The notes below the pieces were generated by a model. The model made no database searches. It was not told the origin of the DNA and worked only from the letters and a program-made list of their open reading frames with translations. Source: Monocercomonoides exilis PA203 (Eukaryota > Protista > Preaxostyla). Taken from it: DNA of 64,000 nt. The stretch spans positions 124,001-188,000 of the forward strand of contig LSRY02000058.1 of the NCBI GenBank assembly GCA_001643675.2, given 5' to 3'. Both the position numbers and the translations under genes were made by a program. Shown piece after piece: positions 15,079 to 26,325 of this stretch. Position 1 is the stretch's first letter; every line of letters starts with the position of its first letter.

Positions 15079-16701
15079 ATGTCGAGCTCAACTCTTCTTA
15101 AAATTAAGGAGATCGAAGATGAAATGAAAAAGACCCAGAAAAACAAAGCAACCAACTTTCATCTTGGGTTGCTTAAAGCTAAATTGGCAAAATTGCGTCA
15201 AGAAGTCTTAGATCCAAGAAAAAGTGGTGGCGGTGCTCCTGGAGAAGGATTTGATGTCTCGAAAACTGGAGATGCACGTGTCGGATTAATTGGATTTCCT
15301 TCTGTTGGGAAATCGACATTGCTTAATGTCCTGACAAAGTTTGATCAATGAATATGACTCATTTTTAGAAATTTAAATTTTCAATAAACTTAGCACTTAT
15401 TCAGCTGTTGCCGCATATGAATTTACTACATTAACATGCGTTCCTGGTGTTATTCGATATAAGGGAGCAAAGATCCAAGTTTGTCATTTTTGTCATCAAT
15501 GATATGTACATAAATTGTTAATTTAGCTTCTTGATTTGCCAGGTATTATCGAAGGAGCTCGTCTGGGAAAGGGTCGTGGTAGACAAGTCATTGCTGTCGG
15601 AAGAACTTGCAGCTTGATCTTGATTGTTCTTGATGCATTGCAACCTCTTACACATAAGAGAATTATCGAAGTATTTTTTATTCTGTGAATTTTTTGAAAG
15701 AAACGTTTATTTTGTTATTTATTAGGGAGAATTGGAAGGATTTGGAATTAGATTGAACAAAAAGCCTCCTCAAATTGTTATGAAGAGAAAAGAAAAAGGA
15801 GGTATTTCTATTACAACCACTGTAAAGCTCACAAACTTGGATGAAGAAACAATCAGAGCGATTTGCGCTGAGTATAGAGTATGTGTTTTTCTCTTTTATC
15901 TTTTTTCTGCATTTTGATGATGTCATATTTTTTTTCACTTTTATAAAATAAAAAATTTTATTTGGAAATTACAACAAATTCTTAAAACTTCTTTTCAAAG
16001 ATCCGAAATGCTGACTTCAACTTCCATTGTGATGCAACTGCAGATGATCTGATTGATGTCATTGAAGGCAACAGAATTTACATTCCATGCATTTATGTGC
16101 TGAACAAGATTGACCAGCTTACCATTGAAGCCTTGGACATTCTTAGCAAAACACCTCATGTTTGCCCTATTTCTGCACATCTTCAGTGGAATCTGGATGA
16201 ACTTCTTGAGATGATGTGGAAATATTTGAACCTTCTTAGAATGTTTGCGTGATTTCTTTATTTAAACTTCAATTTATTTATTTATTTATTTATTTTTTTT
16301 TTATCACCCTTCAAATTTTTAATTAAAATGTAATATTTGTTCGAATTTGTTAATCATTACAGTTACACAAAGCCTCCGGGACAAGTTCCTGATTATACTG
16401 CTCCTGTTATTATGTCTGCTGAAAATCCCACAGTCGAACACTTCTGTAACAAAATTCATAAAGCAATTATGCCAGCTTTCAAATAGTGCGTCAATTTTTA
16501 TTTTTTTTTACTTGAATTTTTCATAATTAAATTATGTTTTATATTTCATTTTTTAATATTTATGTAATGTACAAAATCGTTTCTTATTTGAATAACAGTG
16601 CTATTGTGTGGGGCAAATCTGTGAAGCATAATCCTCAAAGAGTGGGAAAAGACCATGAACTTGCTGATGAAGATATCGTTCAAATTGTCAAGAATGGGTA
16701 A
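15079..16701 (+). CDS. DRG: Developmentally regulated GTP-binding protein (DRG, OBG family; multi-exon)
   Basis: [50 protein letters not shown], and TGS domain [16 protein letters not shown]1 versus DRG2 not resolved. Confidence 0.95.
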
Positions 16702-17308
16702 GTAGCAAACACTGCACATGGAATTCACTTCGCATTTATTATTCTTTCCCCCATTTAGACTTTTTTTCGCACAAACAAATTTATGAAAACAACAATTTTA
16801 TTATCTTCATCAACACATTTTGAAAAATAAAGCAATCTCTTTTTTTTTAAAAGAATGTCTGATTCATATCATTGGGAAAAAAGGAGAGAAAGAAACAAAT
16901 GCACGCTTCAAACGCAAGTGTGTATTTTAAGACCGCTCTATCATAACAATAATTGTTGATCTATTTCTATCGCAGAAATCTGAAGAAAGAGAAAATTTGT
17001 ATATTTTTTCAATTTCATTTCAATCATCTGCTGGAGGGAAGGGGAGATTTTTTATATTAATTTTTGTTGAGAATGTGTACAACAAGAGCAATTGAGCGAG
17101 AATGAATAACGCTTTAATATGAAAAAGGTATATGACGAACTGTTGCCAAACATCCAAACATAAAAGAGAGAGGTTTCCCAACGATTGTCAGAAGATGAAA
17201 TGTTTGGATGTATTACAATGTTCTTTGAAATACGTTTATAGACAGCATTTCACGTGTCAGTGATGTTTTTGTATTTAAAATGAAACATGAAAAAAACACA
17301 AAAATAAT

Positions 17309-17380
17309 TGCTCCTACCTGGATTCGAACCAGGATTACAGGATTCAGAGTCCTAGGTGCTAACCATTACACTATAAGAGC
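17309..17380 (-). tRNA. tRNA-Gln(CTG)
   Basis: 72-nt cloverleaf GCTCTTA..TAGGAGC-A with anticodon loop CT-CTG-AA, T-loop TTCGAAT and a downstream T-run. Confidence 0.95.
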
Positions 17381-17388
17381 TTCGCTTA

Positions 17389-19070
17389 GTCGGGGAGGAA
17401 ACCCGATCCAGGGAGGAAACCCGATCCATTTTTGATCAAAAACTTTGATTAATGTTTTTGATCAAAACAATGGAAAAGAAACCTTCTCTTGTCAGAATTA
17501 AAGCATCGAGTGATATGCGTTCTATTGGAGATGAGTTTATCAAGGCCTTGTATGCCTATGATATTTTGCAATATTCCGGTCGTGAAATCGAGGAAAGCGG
17601 ATTGATTTCGAGAGGATGTTTGGTGAGAGCCTTGAAAGCAAGAAAAGAAGGGAGAGATTTAAGAAAAAATGGAAGACCAACATTGTTTGCAAAAGCAGAA
17701 GAAGATGAGTTTGAAGAGAGGATTTTGGAGGACATTAGGATCGGAATTTATCACACGAAACGAAATATTATGCAAATGGTGTGAAAACAAGTCTTTTCAT
17801 CATTTTTTTTAACTTTTTTTGTTTTTCAGGCAAATGAATTATTGTGCAAAAAAAGAAGCGAAGGAGAAGAAATCAAAACTGTGGACAAGCATTGGGTTGA
17901 TCGTTTTTTGTTAAGACATAAAAAAATCAGCTTGCAAAAGCCGAAACCGCTGCCCATTGGAAGGGCTGCACATTCATGCAAAGCTGTATTAATTCCGTTT
18001 TTCGACGCCTACGAAAAATATTTCTTCAAAGTGAAACCTATTCCTCAATTGATGTTCAATATTGATGAAACATCAACAGTTTTTTCAGCTTTGTTAGAAG
18101 AACAGGTAGCTTCATCATCTTCTGTACCATCATCAATCACTCCAGAATCGTCTCTGCCAACCTCCACATCCATCATTGTAATGACTAGCGCCGATGGGTG
18201 CAGATACCTTGCACCAGTTCTCATTCCCTTCAAAACAATTCCAGCTGAATATCTTCTTGACACAACCTCAACTGAAGTTTTTATTCCAACCACGTCAGGC
18301 CATTTAACATCGTCATTATTTGCTGAATTGTTCAAAAAAATATTTTTGCCAGAAATAAACAAAAAACGGTGCGCCATAGGAAAGCAATATGATCATGCTA
18401 TGCTGGTCATGGATGGAGGTGTGGGTCATTTCAGCGATGAAATGAAAAAAGTTTGCAGAGACAATTTAATAGATTTGATAAAACTTCCTTCTCACACCTC
18501 TCATATTCTACAGCCCAACGACCAATTTGTGTTTGCGAGTTTAAAGAGGAATTTCAGCAAGGCAACGGAAAGCGGGAAGGCTACGACGGCTGCGGAGAGA
18601 AGAGAAGCATTTATTCGAACATTGAAAAATGGACTATCAGCTGCTAGTTACCCCTCAACGATAATTGCTTCGTGGAGGGTTTGCGGCTTATTTCCAATGG
18701 ACAAAAATGCAGTTTTGAATCGTTTGCCTGATGCCCCTCCTCAATGGGCTGCCTCACAAATAAATCCTGAAAGAGCACCAGAAGGTGCTTCATTTGGAGC
18801 AGTCTATTATTCATCTGACGATGATCATCAACTTTTTGCTTAAATTAAGACTTTTTCTCAATTTCAGTTAATAATACGTTTATTTGAATTTCTGTTTTTG
18901 AAAATCGTGCTTATTATTTTATTCAGTTTTTTTTTCTGTTAACAGTGCATTTTTCATATATTGAACATATTTTTTTCGTCAAAAAAACATAAAATTTCAT
19001 CAATTTATCTTAAATGTTTTTTTAGATCATTGGGTCGGGTTTCCTCCCTGGATCGGGTTTCCTCCCCGAC
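17389..19070 (+). mobile_element. pogo-like (Tc1/mariner, DD35D) DNA transposon, copy 1
   Basis: TIR GTCGGGGAGGAAACCCGATCCAGGGAGGAAACCCGA at both ends, flanked by TA, enclosing a transposase gene. Confidence 0.92.
17452..18843 (+). CDS. pogo-family DDE_1 transposase (intron 17779-17829; ~446 aa)
   Basis: HWVDRFLLRH (CENP-B-type HTH), NIDETS, VMDG, LPSHTSHILQPND, with 35 residues between the 2nd and 3rd Asp. In-frame splice QM|ANE. Confidence 0.9.
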
Positions 19071-19682
19071 TACTTAGTAGACGGTATTCGAATCTTGAGC
19101 AAAAAATAAATTTGATTTTATAACATAGATGTCAACCTCTTTTTTTGGAATTGATTCAATCAAATTGGTACTTTCTCAATCTCACTTGGTCCAAAATAGG
19201 AATTACGAAATGTTTGAAAAACTGATCTTATTATTTTTTTGTTTCTTATTTTATGTGATTCCTTCGTTTCGATTATTCACAAAACTTTGATATTTTATGC
19301 ATCGATATAAAATCCATGGTGTTTTGATCTGTTTTCAGCAAATTTTGAGTTTTTTTATAGTTCAAAAGGTTTGCATTTATTTTTAATTCTTTCACATGAT
19401 ATCCTTGCGATTGAGCATTTATATTAATTCTTATGATTATTTTCATATGTTTTAAGCTATTAACAGCTGTGACGTTTTATTTTAAATCAGGATCATTAAT
19501 AATACTTTTTCAACGTTTATTTCATATAAAACTCAAGGGGAAACAACGATTTTTGTTTCATTTCAATATTTTTCATAAATATTTTATGACATGCATACAA
19601 TAAGTTATATTTTTTATTCTCTTTTATTTTTTTTTTTAAAAAAAGGTGAATGATTGAAAAATAGAAATAATAAAAGAAAAAA

Positions 19683-21233
19683 CTAATTTCTTTGTTCCAA
19701 AAGAAGCCTTAAAGGACTTGGCGTAATTCTTTTCGCCTTTTCTGCTTCTGATGAACGTGGAGTTGAAGGAAAAGGAGATGAAGAAGATGCAGAAGAATGT
19801 TGGATTGATTTCCACTGACCTGGTAAACACCAGGCCATAGAATTATCATCTTCGTCACTATCATTTTCTTCCAAATCAATCCTTTTCGTTTCATTTCTAT
19901 CTTTTTCTTCTTTTTCTTCTTTTTCTTCTTTTTCTTCTTTTTCTTCTTTTTCTTCGATTTTTCGCTTTTCTTTCTTTTCTTCTTCACATTTCTTTTTCAG
20001 TGCGCCTTCCTTTTCATTCTGTGAAATATCTGAATAAAAAAAAGAGAAAATATAATGGTTGAAAGAGTTATCAAAAAAAATCAAATAAAAGATAATGAAT
20101 ATAAATATGGGTAAAGTAATGAATTATAAACTGTCTATTTGTGCCTTTAAAGTAGTTATTGTGGGTGTAATTGACAAGCTCGGATTCAATCTATTTTTCA
20201 ATTTTATTCGATATCTCTCATTCGCTATTTGTCTTGCTTTTTGTTTTTGTAAATGCTCCGTCCACAAGTTGTCCAAAATACGCTGATTTGCTTCCCCATC
20301 TGCTCTTGTCAATGGATTTCGTAATATATGAAAATTGGTCAAACAACAAGCCACACAGAAATAATCAGCAACCCTTTCAACCTCAAATGGCCACTGTCTT
20401 CTAAAAACTGAAAAGAGGGTCTTCAGACGACCGAAAAACCGTTCCACGATAACTCGATGAGTTGCTAGCTCTGGTGTTCCCACTGGTTTGGTGATAATTG
20501 CAGCCAAATCAGGTCTCGCTCCTATGTAAGCCGAATCAGCCAATATTTTTGCCCCTCCCAAACGATCCAAAAATTGAGGATAATGATCTTTAAAGACTGT
20601 AAAGTCATGAGTAGAGCCAGAATGAATTGCACTGATAGTACTTGCTGTCCCAACTTTGGGATTGACTCCAACCTCAGCTTTCACACAATATGTGTGATGT
20701 TTCCCGCTAAAAAACTTTTTCCCAAAGTCTAATCGACCTCCAGGTCTGTTGATGGGAATGATTGTACAGTCCAAAACAATTCCAACCTCCTTCATCACTT
20801 CAATCCTGTCAGGGCGAAATGTCAAAAACAAATCTGCTAATGGAGCTCTGATATGAGAAACAATACTGTGAAGAAGTCTGACAAGAGCGTTTTGAGTTTC
20901 ATAGAAAGGTGTGGATAATAAAAGTGTGAGTGTCGTTGAACCGTGATGAAGAAAAGTGAGTAACAAGAATAACTGTTCATCAAAATTGTTGATTGCTTTC
21001 AGTTTCCCTCGACGATGAGGAACTTCCATTTGAAGAATGTGAATGAGAAAATCAAATTCTTCTTTTGTGAATCCAGTAAGTCGAAAAAAAGAAGAAACAG
21101 GATCATCAAAATAGTCACAAGCTTTTTTGATGATGGAAATTTTTTCTTCCTTTTGAAGTGATTCATTCCGTTGTGGAATAATATTTCTCCTCTCCACACT
21201 CTTCAAAACGTCCAAAAAATTTGAATGTGACAT
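19683..21233 (-). CDS. PIF/Harbinger/ISL2EU-like (DDE_Tnp_4) transposase (probable intron 20030-20131)
   Basis: FRLTGFTKEEFDFL, LDCTIIPINRP, FSGKH, GSTHD, LADSAY, RVIVERFFGRLK..F. A GT-AG intron links it in phase to the charged ORF 19683-20029. Confidence 0.85.
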
Positions 21234-21434
21234 CAGAAAAAAATAAGAACAACTTTTGTTTGATCAAAACCAAATATTGAAATTTTGTTATTAATGATCA
21301 CGAAACCAACATTTGTGAATATGAATGTTATTGAATCAAATCAAATAAGTTTGATTCTATTCGGTTTTCAATCGATATAATTAAGTGTTTATATATCTTT
21401 TGCGGATGCATCAAATAAAATACAAAAGGTTCTA

Positions 21435-23064
21435 GTCGGGGAGGAAACCCGGGCCAGTGAGGAAACTCGGGCCTCACCCATAGTTTGATTTTTATGATCT
21501 CTTATGAAGAAAACAATTAATACTGCATCAAGACTTTGCGCAACTGCTGAAATTCGTGAGTTGGAAGATGCGCACTTGAAAGCAATTTACCTGCACAACA
21601 TTTTGAACATTCCTACAAGAGAAATCGCCCGAAGCCAGGTACTTTCTCGCTCTTCAGTGCAAAGAGCTCTCGCAGCGGAGAAAAAAAGGAATACGCCTGG
21701 AAAATGTGGAAGATCAACTCTAAAAGAGAATTCAGACAAACAGTATTTAACTACTGTGACAATTCACAATGCAGAGCATGGAACGTTTCATTCTAAAATG
21801 GAAATAACCCAAATGGTCTGGATTTCGCTAATTATTATTTGTTTTATTTTTTTTTTATTATTCAGGCAAATGATTTGTTAAAAACAAAGAGAAAAGAAGG
21901 AGATGAAGTAAAAACTGTGGACAAACATTGGGTGAAACGATTTTTGAAAAGGCACATTGAAATTAGTCTTGCAAAACCAATTTCTTTGCCTTTAGGGAGA
22001 GCAGCCCACACATCGAAATATACAATCGGTCCCTTCTTTGACGAAGTGAAGAAATTGTTTGAAAGCATCAACCCAATTCCACAGCTATTATTTAACTTAG
22101 ATGAAACTTCAACATTTTCATCCAAACAACAACCTGAACTTGTCGCTTCTTCGTCATCAACACCTTCCACGATTGTTCCTGAAGTTCACTTGCCAAATTC
22201 CACAACAATTATCTTCATGACAAGTGCAGACGGGTGCCGATATTTAACACCCATATTAATTCCATTTTCGACGCTTCCAGAAGAATACAAGCTAGGAACA
22301 ACTTCGCATGAAGTGTTCATTCCTTCTTTATCTGGTCATGTTACATCTGCAATTTTTTTGGACTTGTTCAAGAAGTGCGTAATTACAGAAATTAGAAATA
22401 AAAGAATTGCAGTCGGAAAGAAAGAAAAGCATGCAGTCCTCATCATGGACGGTGGAGTGGGGCATTTCCAGCCGGAAATTCTTCAATTATGTAAGGATAA
22501 TTTAATTGATCTAATAAAACTTCCATCGCATACTTCACACATTTTGCAGCCTAATGATCAATACATTTTCGCAAGTATGAAAAGGGTATTTGGAAAAGCC
22601 AAAGAAAGCGGAACAACTACCTCAGCATCTCCTAAAAGAGAGGTTTTTGTTGAAATCCTGAGAAATGGACTTGCAGCTGCTTCGTATCCTGAAACAATAA
22701 AATCATCTTGGAAAAGCACAGGGTTGTGGCCATTTAACCCAGAGAAGATTTTATCTAATCTTCCTGACAATCCTCCAGAATGGGCATTATCTGGAGTTGA
22801 ACCCAAATCTGCACCTATCGGATCATCATTTGGAGCTGTTTATTATTCTTCTGATGATTTATCGGATTTGTTCTGAAAACAATTAATTATTAATTCCATA
22901 TCACTGAAGCTTTTTTGGAATGCACTTCTTTTATATAATAATGAAATATCTTAATGTTAACTGTTTTTCTTTGTTTCTATTCATGAAATGAAATACAAAC
23001 ACTAAAAAAAGTGAAAATAAAAAATTCCCATTTTAATACCAATGGCCCGGGTTTCCTCCCCGAC
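21435..23064 (+). mobile_element. pogo-like DD35D DNA transposon, copy 2 (diverged subfamily)
   Basis: TIR GTCGGGGAGGAAACCCGGGCCA at both ends, flanked by TA. Confidence 0.92.
21504..22876 (+). CDS. pogo-family DDE_1 transposase (intron 21816-21865; ~440 aa)
   Basis: NLDETS, IMDG, LPSHTSHILQPND. The intron is at the same QM|AN position as in copy 1. Confidence 0.9.
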
Positions 23065-23317
23065 TACTTAAAGCAGAATTTTATCTTTATCAGATATTGA
23101 AAATTACTATTTTAATAAAAAAATAGCTTTTACAAACGAAATTTCCTTTATCATCATTAATTTTGTTTTTTTTTAAATAAAACTTCTTATTTGCATTTCA
23201 AATTAAATATAAGATATTTCATTCATCATAAACATTATTAATATTTTTTTAAACAAGCATTCATTCGAATTATGGTGAAATATAATTCTATTTGGAAATT
23301 TTCGGCAAAAGGAGATG

Positions 23318-23759
23318 ATAGGGGAACACGAATTTTTCAAATTCTTTATATAAAACGGAAATAATATTGTATAAGAATCATTTATAAATTAATTAAAATT
23401 TGAGATCATCAATCATAAATATTTCTTTTTTTCAATCAAAACATTTTGATCTGACCCAGTATTTTTTTAATTATTTGGGTTAAAATTCTATAATAATCTC
23501 CACATTAATAGATTGGTTTAGGTTCTAGGGTTTGCGTAACAGATCTTGGGTTTAGGGTTTGTTCCCGTTCTTCTTTATAAGGTTAGCACTCAAAAATAAC
23601 ATGAAAATTTATTGATCTATCCCATAAATACTAAGAATCCTTGATTATTATTTATCAAAAAAATTAGATGATCTCAAATTTTTATTAACTAAAAAATGAT
23701 TCTTATACTATATAGAATTCGTTAATAATAAAAAATTAGAAAAATTCGTGTTCCCCTAT
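23318..23759. repeat. Foldback/MITE-like unit (mirror copy 25557-25998)
   Basis: Perfect 21-bp IR ATAGGGGAACACGAATTTTTC, with imperfect pairing extending ~90 bp inward and ~50-80 bp outward. Confidence 0.7.
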
Positions 23760-24053
23760 AATATACATTTGCCAAATTTTCAAAAATTCATTTTCAAAAT
23801 TTTGAGTTTAATCTCAAAAATATACACCATTTATTATTCGAAATTGGAAAATTTACACCAAAAAATTCTAATTCGAAAAAAATAATTCAAATTCGGAATT
23901 AATAATTCAATTTCGAAATTTATTATTTCGATTTAGAAAAATAATAATTCTTTGATTTGTGGAATGAATAACTTATGTTTTGCAGTAAATTTTCTCTTAA
24001 TTTTTATCTCATTTGTTCACCTAGTTTATCATCATTTGAAAAATGATGCATTT

Positions 24054-24298
24054 GGTGATTATTTTTGAAATCATAACTTTTTTCGGGGTAATGATTTCTC
24101 CAAAATTGTTTGATATTGGGAAAAGATTTTGTATTCAAATGCTAAAATTATCACAACTGTTTCAAAAACAAATGTTTTCACTTCAATGAAAATGAAGATA
24201 TTTTGAATAAGCCTATACATGTTTTTTTGTTGATATTCAAAATGAATTCTAAAACGAAAATATTTGATTGAGATAATATGATTTCAAAAATAATCACC
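24054..24298. repeat. MITE-like unit with a perfect 22-bp inverted repeat (mirrored at ~25017-25261)
   Basis: GGTGATTATTTTTGAAATCATA at 24054-24075 and its reverse complement at 24277-24298. Confidence 0.65.
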
Positions 24299-26253
24299 CA
24301 ATTTTCATTAAAAAATTCATTTATTTTAATTGAAAAAATTTTTTAATTTAATGTTTATTCAAAAATTTTTTGAAATTCATTTTCATATGAAAAATTGATG
24401 CTTTTCTTATTTTCACCAAAGAAACTATTAAATTATTGTGAAAAACATTATCGTCTTTTGTTATTCAAAAAATGTGATTGAAAATTTCCTCTTTTCATTA
24501 GGTTATTCAAAAGAATGAATTGTTTTAACAATTAATTTTCATAAGAGTGTTGATTTTTGTAAATAAAAAATAAACTTCAAAAAAAAATAAAAAGTCGTCT
24601 GAATTTTGTTGAAAAGTTCCTTTTGTTTAATTTTCAAATAAAATAAAAACATAGTATTTCGATCAAATTTCTGTTACCAGTCACCATATTTTACTGTTAT
24701 GAAAACAAAATTCAGACGACTTTTTATTTTTTTTTTGAAGTTTATTTTTTATTTACAAAAATCAACACTCTTATGAAAATTAATTGTTAAAACAATTCAT
24801 TCTTTTGAATAACCTAATGAAAAGAGGAAATTTTCAATCACATTTTTTGAATAACAAAAGACGATAATGTTTTTCACAATAATTTAATAGTTTCTTTGGT
24901 GAAAATAAGAAAAGCATCAATTTTTCATATGAAAATGAATTTCAAAAAATTTTTGAATAAACATTAAATTAAAAAATTTTTTCAATTAAAATAAATGAAT
25001 TTTTTAATGAAAATTGGGTGATTATTTTTGAAATCATATTATCTCAATCAAATATTTTCGTTTTAGAATTCATTTTGAATATCAACAAAAAAACATGTAT
25101 AGGCTTATTCAAAATATCTTCATTTTCATTGAAGTGAAAACATTTGTTTTTGAAACAGTTGTGATAATTTTAGCATTTGAATACAAAATCTTTTCCCAAT
25201 ATCAAACAATTTTGGAGAAATCATTACCCCGAAAAAAGTTATGATTTCAAAAATAATCACCCAAATGCATCATTTTTCAAATGATGATAAACTAGGTGAA
25301 CAAATGAGATAAAAATTAAGAGAAAATTTACTGCAAAACATAAGTTATTCATTCCACAAATCAAAGAATTATTATTTTTCTAAATCGAAATAATAAATTT
25401 CGAAATTGAATTATTAATTCCGAATTTGAATTATTTTTTTCGAATTAGAATTTTTTGGTGTAAATTTTCCAATTTCGAATAATAAATGGTGTATATTTTT
25501 GAGATTAAACTCAAAATTTTGAAAATGAATTTTTGAAAATTTGGCAAATGTATATTATAGGGGAACACGAATTTTTCTAATTTTTTATTATTAACGAATT
25601 CTATATAGTATAAGAATCATTTTTTAGTTAATAAAAATTTGAGATCATCTAATTTTTTTGATAAATAATAATCAAGGATTCTTAGTATTTATGGGATAGA
25701 TCAATAAATTTTCATGTTATTTTTGAGTGCTAACCTTATAAAGAAGAACGGGAACAAACCCTAAACCCAAGATCTGTTACGCAAACCCTAGAACCTAAAC
25801 CAATCTATTAATGTGGAGATTATTATAGAATTTTAACCCAAATAATTAAAAAAATACTGGGTCAGATCAAAATGTTTTGATTGAAAAAAAGAAATATTTA
25901 TGATTGATGATCTCAAATTTTAATTAATTTATAAATGATTCTTATACAATATTATTTCCGTTTTATATAAAGAATTTGAAAAATTCGTGTTCCCCTATCA
26001 TCTCCTTTTGCCGAAAATTTCCAAATAGAATTATATTTCACCATAATTCGAATGAATGCTTGTTTAAAAAAATATTAATAATGTTTATGATGAATGAAAT
26101 ATCTTATATTTAATTTGAAATGCAAATAAGAAGTTTTATTTAAAAAAAAACAAAATTAATGATGATAAAGGAAATTTCGTTTGTAAAAGCTATTTTTTTA
26201 TTAAAATAGTAATTTTCAATATCTGATAAAGATAAAATTTTGCTTTAAGCGAA

Positions 26254-26325
26254 GCTCTTATAGTGTAATGGTTAGCACCTAGGACTCTGAATCCTGTAAT
26301 CCTGGTTCGAATCCAGGTAGGAGCA
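26254..26325 (+). tRNA. tRNA-Gln(CTG), second identical copy
   Basis: Exact reverse complement of 17309-17380. Confidence 0.95.

Noticed and set aside
17393-17428. CRISPR-like direct repeats GAGGAAACCCGATCCA
   Set aside because: Only two adjacent units with no spacers. They are part of a transposon TIR.
23067-26249. Palindrome as a sequencing foldback artefact
   Set aside because: Considered unlikely because both outer flanks are unique and one arm carries a clean insertion with a target duplication. It is not excluded without reads.
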